Below are positions 57,382 to 64,000 of a stretch of 64,000 nt of DNA, one piece after another. The stretch covers positions 3,285-67,284 of the IMG/VR virus record IMGVR_UViG_3300042988_001339; one strand, written 5' to 3'. A program made the position numbers and the translations under genes. How positions within the stretch are numbered: the first letter of the stretch is position 1; each line of letters starts with the position of its first letter. The notes beneath the pieces were generated by a model. The model had not been told where the DNA came from. It saw nothing but the letters and a program-made list of their open reading frames with translations, and made no database searches. The DNA comes from a virus.

Positions 57382-58066
57382 TCAGCACCTCCGGGTAGTA
57401 GTGGTTCTCCCATTCCCACCGACCGTGATCAGCGCCCCGGTCGCCGCCGAGGCTGGTAACACGCAGCCGATCCCGAGGCAGGACCCCACCGAAAGACATC
57501 GCGTAAGCCGGATGCAGCGGCAGGTCATGAAGGGCCGCGTACAGCCAGATGTCTTCCGAACGCCAGTCGATGATCGGGCGGCAGGACCGTCCCGTTGACG
57601 TGCCGTGGACACCCCGGGACCGTGCCCGCGCGAACGACTCGTCGGCGCGGAGCCCGGTGATGCGCCGAGCGGACACGTTCCGCTCGATCCACCGGTAAGG
57701 ATGCGGGTCGTCCACGGGGATCTCCTGGTACGGGGCGGGCCACCGGTCCAGGTAGGCGGCGGCAACCGCCGCACAGTCAGGGTTCGCGAGCCTGTCCGTC
57801 CGGGTCGGCGCGTAGGTCACCCAGATGAGCGGGATCCCGAGACCGGCCGCGAGGTGCGCGACGGTCACGGAGTCCCGGCCCCAGGAGACCCCAATGTGGC
57901 AGTCGCCGGCCGCAGCGAACGTCTCAATCTCGGCTCGGGCGGTCACGGTGAGGCGGTCGAGCCGCCGCCGGGTTGCCCCGGCGGCGGCGATCGCCCGGTC
58001 GTACCGCCACATCCGCGCCCACTCGGCACGGTCGGCGTCCGACAGGCGCGGGCAGTCGACTAGCAC
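57338..58066 (-). CDS. cysH: Type IV-B-associated CysH / PAPS-reductase-like protein
   Basis: PP-loop VSWGRDS, ITGLRADES..R, RPIIDW...DIW.Y...DLPLHPAY. Confidence 0.88.
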   Translation of the reverse strand: MLVDCPRLSDADRAEWARMWRYDRAIAAAGATRRRLDRLTVTARAEIETFAAAGDCHIGVSWGRDSVTVAHLAAGLGIPLIWVTYAPTRTDRLANPDCAAVAAAYLDRWPAPYQEIPVDDPHPYRWIERNVSARRITGLRADESFARARSRGVHGTSTGRSCRPIIDWRSEDIWLYAALHDLPLHPAYAMSFGGVLPRDRLRVTSLGGDRGADHGRWEWENHYYPEVLSVRGGFGVRRRYGA

Positions 58067-58785
58067 GGCCTGCACCTGACACGCCGCAGCGGGTGCCAGT
58101 GCGGTGCCCGAGCTGACTCGACGACCGTCCCAGCCGGGTCAGGCAACGGACGGTCCATCCACCCATCCCGAGGCCCGGCGCAGGGTTCGACGCGCACGGA
58201 GTGGATGCGGCCCCACCCGTGGCGGGTCAGCCGCCCAACCCCCTTGAGTCGCAGCAACAACTCGATGAGAGGGTCCGGTCGGCCGAGGAGCCGCCACTGG
58301 ATGATGTCGGCCCACGCGGCGGGGTGCGGGACGTTCCGCGCCTTGTGCGGACCAAGAGCGGCATGGAACCGGTTGTCCTGAGCGAACCGGGCATGTTCCT
58401 TGACCGGTGGAACTTTCCGGGTGTGTGCCGTGGTCCACGCGACCGGTCGCCAGTCGCCGCGGGACACCGCCCACCCCCACACCTCGCCCGCCTCGTTGAG
58501 GAGCGAAGGGTGTGTCCCCTCGGGGGCCGGTCTTGTCCACGTCGCGACCGGTAGAGCGAAGTCCACGGGAGGGTTGCCGGGCGACAGGGGCGGCAGGACA
58601 GCGTGCGCGTCACGGGCCGCCAGGTACGCGGCCCACGACAGCGGCCCGTCGCCGACCAGGAGATCGGCTGTCGACACGACAGGCTCCGCGAGACGAGCCG
58701 TGACGAGGAGCGGCACGAACTCGGGGTCCCCGGTCTGGTCGACGACCGTGGCGCCGTCGACCATGAGGGGCGGCCGAGGCGTCAC
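58060..58785 (-). CDS. csf3: Csf3 (Cas5-like RAMP)
   Basis: PLLVTARL...DGPLSWAA, DFALP, WGWAVS, G-loop VGRLTRHGWGRI, RAPHWHP. Confidence 0.85.
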   Translation of the reverse strand: MTPRPPLMVDGATVVDQTGDPEFVPLLVTARLAEPVVSTADLLVGDGPLSWAAYLAARDAHAVLPPLSPGNPPVDFALPVATWTRPAPEGTHPSLLNEAGEVWGWAVSRGDWRPVAWTTAHTRKVPPVKEHARFAQDNRFHAALGPHKARNVPHPAAWADIIQWRLLGRPDPLIELLLRLKGVGRLTRHGWGRIHSVRVEPCAGPRDGWMDRPLPDPAGTVVESARAPHWHPLRRVRCRPC

Positions 58786-59621
58786 CGCAGGCCCGTGAGG
58801 AGATCCCGGATCGCCGCGGCATGCCCGACGGTGTGCTCACGGTGCCGGGCGGCGGCTGCCCGCAGGTCAGCGTCGGACGCGCCGATCAGGACGGCATCAC
58901 ACGCCCCGTACCCCTGGGCGGTCTTCGCGCCGAGCGTCCACCCACTGTCCGTGACCGCGACGAGTGCCGCGGCGAGAGCGTCGTCCTCGGCCGGGGTCGC
59001 GGCCTCGGTGGACAGGCCGAGGGTCCACCGGGACCCCGCCAGGACCACCTGGAAATCGTAGATCATCTGAGTGGTTTTCGTTGGGGACAACATGACGTCC
59101 TCAACGATCCGGTCGACAGCAGACCCGTCGACATCGTGACGGGTACCGAACTCCTCCGCGAGCCAGTCAGCGGCCGGGACCGCGGGGACGCCCGGGTCAG
59201 CCATCCGCCACGCGTTCTCGGCGCACCACAGGTGGACGTGGGTCGCGCGGAGCGCACCCGTCACGATGTCCGGGCCGTGGGAGTACCCAAGGAGCGGGAG
59301 CATCGGGAGCAGCGCGTGCCGATCCCGCATCGACACCAGGTCGGTCTGGGCGCCGGCCTGGGTGAGGGCACCCCCGGACCAGAGCAGGTCGACACACGCT
59401 TTCGACAGGGCGCCGTCAGCGATGCCTGCGTCTGCGACGAGCAGCCACGCGAGGGCGGCACGGATCTTGTGGCGGATGCTGTTCCCCGACACGAAAGGGA
59501 CCTTAGCGGGGGTCCCGTCGGGGAGAACGATGTCCTGGAGGCGCATGAGGGCCGTGTTCCCGGACGTGCCCGCGCCGTGGTGGATGGGCGCGGTCGCGGT
59601 GAGCTCAATGCTGACGTGCAT
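58782..59621 (-). CDS. csf2: Csf2 (Cas7-like RAMP)
   Basis: APIHHGAGTSGNT, VPFVSGNSIRH, LWSGGAL, EFGTRHD, QMIYD, LGAKTAQGYG. Confidence 0.92.
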   Translation of the reverse strand: MHVSIELTATAPIHHGAGTSGNTALMRLQDIVLPDGTPAKVPFVSGNSIRHKIRAALAWLLVADAGIADGALSKACVDLLWSGGALTQAGAQTDLVSMRDRHALLPMLPLLGYSHGPDIVTGALRATHVHLWCAENAWRMADPGVPAVPAADWLAEEFGTRHDVDGSAVDRIVEDVMLSPTKTTQMIYDFQVVLAGSRWTLGLSTEAATPAEDDALAAALVAVTDSGWTLGAKTAQGYGACDAVLIGASDADLRAAAARHREHTVGHAAAIRDLLTGLR

Positions 59622-59644
59622 GATGATCAGGAGTCCTCTCGGGG

Positions 59645-60097
59645 TCAGAATATGGGGGCGTCGACAGCAGCCGACGCCTTCGGGGCGGCCGTCGCGGGCT
59701 TCGCGGCTGCACGGGCGGTCTTGCGGTCGTCGCGGCGGAGCCGGACCATCGCCGCGACGAACACGGCGTCGCGGGCCGCGAGGCGCCGCCACCTGGCGAA
59801 CAGGTCGGGGTCCCGCAACGCTTGCGCGAGCCGGTCGATCTGCTCCGCGGTCTCGATCTGGAGGGTGTCGATCTGGAGTTTCCGGGCCACCCTGGTCGTG
59901 ACCTCCCGGACGTTCGACCCGGCGTAGCAGCCGGTCTCCAGCGCCGTCTTCGCGCGGTCCCACCAGCGGTTCACGCCGATCACGGCGACGTCCGCGGAGC
60001 GGAGCATCGCGTCGAGGAAGTCGACGGCGTAGTCGATGAGCTGATCGTCGGTGACGACGACCGTCCCGGCGTCAGGCGAATCGGTCGGCAAGGTCAT
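59645..60097 (-). CDS. cas11: Cas11-like small subunit of type IV-B
   Basis: 150 aa all-helical (WWDRAKTALET...ARKLQI) between csf1 and csf2. Confidence 0.75.
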   Translation of the reverse strand: MTLPTDSPDAGTVVVTDDQLIDYAVDFLDAMLRSADVAVIGVNRWWDRAKTALETGCYAGSNVREVTTRVARKLQIDTLQIETAEQIDRLAQALRDPDLFARWRRLAARDAVFVAAMVRLRRDDRKTARAAAKPATAAPKASAAVDAPIF

Positions 60098-60821
60098 TGA
60101 GGGTCTCCTTCGTGGTGAGGTACAGGGCCAGGTCGAGGATCTGGCTTCCTGCGTGGGGGCGGATCGTTGACGCGTGGCGGCGCCACGCGTCGAGTCCTGC
60201 GCCGGTCAGCGCGGGGATGGAGGGGTTCGCTTCGCGGATCCGGTCGGGATGGTGCCCGGTGCGACGCAGGTCCGCAGCGGCCCCGAGGAGCCCCGCGAAC
60301 GTGGCGGGGCTGGACGCGATGGTGGCCGCCTCGAACCGGGCCAGCCACGGGCCGGCGCCGCGGTTCACGGGCGTGTAGGGCAGCAGGTGCTTCTGCCCGG
60401 ACTGTGCGACCGCCACGGCCCACGAGTCGCCTGCCGGGGGGCCTGTGAGGATGTCGACAACGGCCGACATGTCGCGGCGGTTGCACAGGTGCAGGTGCAG
60501 CCCGGACGCGGGAGCAGTGTCCGGGGACGGTGGGAGCGGGGTGTCGGCGGTCGTGACGATCGACCACATCCGCAGCGTCGCCGGGGGTTTCCCTGCGAGA
60601 GCCCACGAGCAGGCTGGGCAGACACGGGTGCTGTCGGGGCGGGTCGCGGTGAGGAGGTCGAAGTTCGCGCCGAGCGCATCTTTCGTCGATGACGTTACGT
60701 CGGCGGACGTCCCGCACACGAGGCAGGCCGCGCCTGGTGTCGAGGTGGTGACACGGCCGGGGTCGGGTCGCCCGGCTGCGTCCCATGCGAGATGGGTGGC
60801 GGACGTGGGCGCGAGGGTCAC
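60072..60821 (-). CDS. csf1: Csf1 (Cas8-like large subunit, Zn finger)
   Basis: CLVCG...NFD...VCPACSW and SGQKHLLPY motifs. Confidence 0.82.
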   Translation of the reverse strand: MTLAPTSATHLAWDAAGRPDPGRVTTSTPGAACLVCGTSADVTSSTKDALGANFDLLTATRPDSTRVCPACSWALAGKPPATLRMWSIVTTADTPLPPSPDTAPASGLHLHLCNRRDMSAVVDILTGPPAGDSWAVAVAQSGQKHLLPYTPVNRGAGPWLARFEAATIASSPATFAGLLGAAADLRRTGHHPDRIREANPSIPALTGAGLDAWRRHASTIRPHAGSQILDLALYLTTKETLNDLADRFA

Positions 60822-61429
60822 TGGTCTGCTCCGAGGACGTGGAGGCCTGCGCCGTAGGCGCGGGCGTGGCCGTGACCTTCGGTGAGGCGGTGATGAAGTG
60901 CGTCGGGGTCGATGACGTGTCCGGTCACGGTGACGAGGACCCGGGCGGTGGTGACGATTTGCCCGTCGGGTCTGCGGCCTGTCGACGCTGGGAGGTCCCG
61001 GACTTGGATCGGGGCGTCTGGAGCGAGGACCGGGACGATCCGGACTGACACCCATTCGGCGCGTTCGGAGTCGGGGACGGGCACCCGGTACTGACGGGTC
61101 ACTCGGCGGGACCCGTCGGGGAGGGTCTCGCGGTCGCGTCGCGTCCGGTACGGGTTGAGGATCGCGGCAAGCCGAACCCGTTCCCCGACCTGGGTGGCTC
61201 GGATCGGCTGGTGGGCCAGGGCCTTCACCATGCCCGGGGGGATGAGGTCCAGTGTCGGGCTGTCCCCCGTGACGACGAGGAGGGTGTGCGGTGCGGGCAT
61301 GCCCCAGGTGACGGGGGCTTTCCCGTCGCCGAGAGCGAGGGCCATCGCGACGCGGCGTGCTTGGTGCGCGTCGGTGAGCCACTCGGCGCCTCGGTCGGAC
61401 AGGGTGGCTGCGGCGAGATGGGCGCTCAC
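60818..61429 (-). CDS. cas6e: Cas6e / Cse3-like RAMP endoribonuclease
   Basis: GERVRL...NP, GHVIDPDAL...L.EGHGHARAYGAGL C-terminal G-loop. Confidence 0.82.
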   Translation of the reverse strand: MSAHLAAATLSDRGAEWLTDAHQARRVAMALALGDGKAPVTWGMPAPHTLLVVTGDSPTLDLIPPGMVKALAHQPIRATQVGERVRLAAILNPYRTRRDRETLPDGSRRVTRQYRVPVPDSERAEWVSVRIVPVLAPDAPIQVRDLPASTGRRPDGQIVTTARVLVTVTGHVIDPDALHHRLTEGHGHARAYGAGLHVLGADQ

Positions 61430-61911
61430 GGCTTCTCTGCCTTCCGGATCCGCGCGTCAAGTTCGACGCGGTACGACTCCCCGTTGTCGTCGTTGGTGAT
61501 CGTGAACGAGCCCGGTTCGGTCTCCGTGTCCGTCACCCACCACTCGCCGCCGTCGAGGACCAGGCAGTCCCCTTCGGCTTCTTCGACGAGCGCCTCCAGG
61601 AGGTCGGCGGCGTCGAACCGTTCTGCGGCGTCGTTGACGACCGGATGGCACCGGAGCGTGTCGTCCTCCTCCGCGGGGACCCTCGGGACGCCCAGGACGG
61701 CGGCGGCAATCGGCAGGAGACGGCGCTGAACGGCAGGCGGCGCGTTCTCCCCCGCGGCCCGCAGGTGCGCGGAGAGGGCGGTGTCGATGGCGACCCGGCG
61801 GGCCATGCGCTCCGACGCAGGGAGTTCCTTCTCCAGCCATGTGCGGCGGAGGTCGGCGGTGTCGCGCTCCAGCCGCTCGGCGGCGGCGATGAGGGTCTCG
61901 GCGGGGGTCAT
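61426..61911 (-). CDS. Hypothetical protein
   Basis: 4-bp overlaps; coupled to cas6e. Confidence 0.6.
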   Translation of the reverse strand: MTPAETLIAAAERLERDTADLRRTWLEKELPASERMARRVAIDTALSAHLRAAGENAPPAVQRRLLPIAAAVLGVPRVPAEEDDTLRCHPVVNDAAERFDAADLLEALVEEAEGDCLVLDGGEWWVTDTETEPGSFTITNDDNGESYRVELDARIRKAEKP

Positions 61912-62210
61912 GCTGAGCCCTCCCGGTCGGTGGTCGTGATGTCGGCCAGGCGGTCGGTGAGCTGGTCCGCCACGGACTTCTCCACAAACTCGTGGTCGGC
62001 CATCTCACCAAACGCGTGATCGTTGACGTGACCGTCTTCGCGGCGCCGTCCGCACGCGGCGCACTCACTGCGGAGCCAGTTCCGGGTGTTGATCGCGATG
62101 GCGGCGCGGAGGGAGTCCCCATCCGGGCCCTGCGGGATGACCAAGACGGGCATCTGGTCGGGGTCGCCGATGGCCTCGGGGTTTGCGATGTACGGCTGGT
62201 CGGCGGTCAC
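61908..62210 (-). CDS. Hypothetical protein (CxxC..H)
   Basis: 4-bp overlaps. Confidence 0.55.
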   Translation of the reverse strand: MTADQPYIANPEAIGDPDQMPVLVIPQGPDGDSLRAAIAINTRNWLRSECAACGRRREDGHVNDHAFGEMADHEFVEKSVADQLTDRLADITTTDREGSA

Positions 62211-62518
62211 GCGGGCACCGCCAGGTCGTCGCGGACCTCGACCACGACACCCTCCACGACACCCGGGAGCGACACCCCGAGGTCCGCGGCAGTCGCGTCG
62301 TACAGGGGCGCGTCCGCACCCCACCCGTCGGTGAAAAACCTGCGGTGCAACGGGTGCGTGCCCGGGTCGAACGGCACCCGCGGGACCGGCCTGGACGTGA
62401 TCCCGAGACGGTCAGCGACCACCGAGAGGTCAGCGCCCGCGTAGTCCACCCGGGGCGCGGTCAGGGTGAGGATCGTCGTCGGCGGCTCGGTCGGCCGCCG
62501 GCGGGGAGTGCGGGACAT
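62207..62518 (-). CDS. Hypothetical protein
   Basis: ATG after purine-rich RBS; 4-bp overlap. Confidence 0.55.
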   Translation of the reverse strand: MSRTPRRRPTEPPTTILTLTAPRVDYAGADLSVVADRLGITSRPVPRVPFDPGTHPLHRRFFTDGWGADAPLYDATAADLGVSLPGVVEGVVVEVRDDLAVPA

Positions 62519-62623
62519 GGGGGTGTCTCTTTCTTCAGGGGGGGTGCGTGCACGGAAACCGGGGACGGGGGTACTGCCGGGCAGGCGCCCCCGGAGAAGC
62601 GCCCGCCCGGCACCGGACGCGGG

Positions 62624-63055
62624 TCAGTCCGCGATGAGGCGGATCTCGTCGGCCTGCTCCCGCTGGCGGCGCACCACGTAGCGGCCGGGGCCGATGCCGA
62701 GGTAGCCGTGCTCGGGGTGCGCGAGCCATGCCGTCGCGCCGGCCGGGACGTGGAGGACGCCGAGGTCGAGCCCGGTCGGGCCGCCCTGCGAGGGGTCCCA
62801 CGTGACCGTGGCGTCCCCGAGCAGCAGGTGCGTGTTCCCGCCGTTCTCGCCGCGGACGACGGGGATCCCGGCCGGGGGGATCGGCTGCGGGTAGCCGCTG
62901 CCGGTCGCCGGGACGGTCGCCTCGGTGGGGATGACGGCGACGTCGCCCTGGAACTGCAGGGCCGTGTGGACGGGGACGAGCTCGTCCCGGTCGAGGTGGT
63001 CGTGGACGTCGACGCCGTGGGTGCCGATGAGGTCGGCGAGGGTCTGGGTGCTCAT
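62624..63055 (-). CDS. His-rich partner of DUF6745-like protein
   Basis: QGDV, GE.GGNTH, HPEHG, YVVRRQRE motifs. Confidence 0.75.
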   Translation of the reverse strand: MSTQTLADLIGTHGVDVHDHLDRDELVPVHTALQFQGDVAVIPTEATVPATGSGYPQPIPPAGIPVVRGENGGNTHLLLGDATVTWDPSQGGPTGLDLGVLHVPAGATAWLAHPEHGYLGIGPGRYVVRRQREQADEIRLIAD

Positions 63056-63092
63056 GTTCGGTCGCTTCTTCCTGTGGTTGGTCGTGCTCGGG

Positions 63093-64000
63093 TCACGCCC
63101 GCCGGGCGGCGGTCGCGTAAAGCTCGGGGGTGAGGCCGTAGCCCCACGCGGCGGCTGCGATGGGGTCCTCGATCTCGGCGGGCACGGTGAGGCCGAAGCG
63201 GTGCCGGGACCCGTCCCGCTCGACAGTCCCGTTCGTGCACAGCAGCACCCGGACATCGGCGTCCCCGTAGATCCGCTCGGGGACGTCGTAGAGCGCGAGC
63301 TCCTGCCCCGGATTGCCGGGGTCGGCGACAGTCGGGCCGACCTGCGCCAGACCCGCCTCGCGGACGAACCGGTCCCAGCCCGCCCGCTCAATCGCGCACC
63401 GCCGGACCTCCGCGTTGCGCTCCTGCAGGATCCGGGTCGTGTCCCACCCGGCGCCCTCGATGAGGTCCGCCGGGACCCGGGTGCCGTGCCACGCGTAGAC
63501 CGCGGTCCCGTCGGCCCAGGCCACGGCTGGCCCGGTCTCGCAGTGCAGCCGGTGAGATCCCCATCCCGTCGGGGCGAACTGCTCTACATTCAGGACGGTC
63601 GGCCTCTCCGCGACCATCGCGAAGTCGCCCCACGCCCACCAGTAGCCGGCCACGTTCGCGTCCGCGTAGGCCTGCGCGCGGTCCCAGAGGTCGTCGTCGA
63701 GCTCCAGGCCGCCGTGGTCGCGGAACCAGAGCCGCCACGCCATCCACCCGGACCAGTGCTGGCCGCCGAAGCGGCGGTACCAGCCTGCGCGCAGCACATC
63801 GGCGATCGCCTTCCGGAACACCGCGCCGCGCACCGCGCCGTCCACCGCGCCGTCCACCGCGTCGCGCACCGCGCCGCCCACCGCGCCGCGCACCGCGCCG
63901 CCCACCGCGTCGCGCACCGCGTCGCGCACCGCGCCGCGCACCGCGCCGTCCACCGCGTCGCCCACCGCGCCGACCACCGCGCCGTCCACCGCGCCGCGCA
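63093..64000 (-). CDS. DUF6745-like protein (5' end outside window)
   Basis: ERP, RLHCETGPAVAWADG...WHG, NAEVRRCAIE..GW, NGTVE.DG. Confidence 0.8.
   Translation of the reverse strand, partial: RGAVDGAVVGAVGDAVDGAVRGAVRDAVRDAVGGAVRGAVGGAVRDAVDGAVDGAVRGAVFRKAIADVLRAGWYRRFGGQHWSGWMAWRLWFRDHGGLELDDDLWDRAQAYADANVAGYWWAWGDFAMVAERPTVLNVEQFAPTGWGSHRLHCETGPAVAWADGTAVYAWHGTRVPADLIEGAGWDTTRILQERNAEVRRCAIERAGWDRFVREAGLAQVGPTVADPGNPGQELALYDVPERIYGDADVRVLLCTNGTVERDGSRHRFGLTVPAEIEDPIAAAAWGYGLTPELYATAARRA
63820..64000. repeat. 12-bp coding tandem repeat, at least 15 units
   Basis: ACCGCG(C/T)CGNNC units encoding (D/R/G/V)(G/D)AV. Confidence 0.95.

Larger units (their letters stand above)
1..64000. mobile_element. 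Actinobacterial siphovirus / prophage region (ends not visible)
   Basis: Terminase, portal, capsid, tail tube, tape measure, lysin and holin genes plus dense small early genes with 4-bp overlaps; no host housekeeping genes seen. Confidence 0.95.

Noticed and set aside
57338-58066. Housekeeping sulfate-assimilation cysH or Dnd phosphorothioation gene
   Set aside because: No cys or dnd neighbours, no ECG motif, and it is coupled to csf3
63820-64000. 12-bp tandem repeat as a CRISPR or guide array for the type IV-B system
   Set aside because: No unique spacers; few unit variants; period is a multiple of 3 and in frame within a DUF6745-like CDS
1-64000. tRNA, rRNA, reverse transcriptase/DGR, cas1/cas2
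   Set aside because: No recognisable motifs found on manual reading; a tRNA or covariance-model scan would be needed to exclude them fully

Overview
High-GC actinobacterial siphovirus or prophage DNA, recognised from sequence motifs only (no searches run). Bases 1-10.5 kb hold small + strand accessory genes, an XerC/D-like tyrosine recombinase with a dif-like site, and an excisionase-like HTH. Bases 10.7-41.6 kb hold a near-complete minus-strand morphogenesis and lysis arm: TerS, beta-helix tailspike, a second tyrosine recombinase, TerL with a class-3-like intein, portal with an intein and NUDIX fusion, MuF, protease, capsid, tail genes, tape measure, CHAP endolysin and holin. Bases 41.6-64 kb hold minus-strand early genes (LexA-like DBD, YkgJ-like, DnaQ-like, WhiB, WhiA-like HTH) driven by repeated dual-operator promoters. 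The standout feature is a translationally coupled type IV-B CRISPR-Cas effector operon (csf1-cas11-csf2-csf3-cysH, 57.3-60.8 kb) headed by a type I-E-like cas6e gene. No CRISPR array or cas1/cas2 is visible in the window, which suggests a module that captures or uses host type I-E crRNAs. Many start codons are judged from gene overlaps and RBS position and are approximate.
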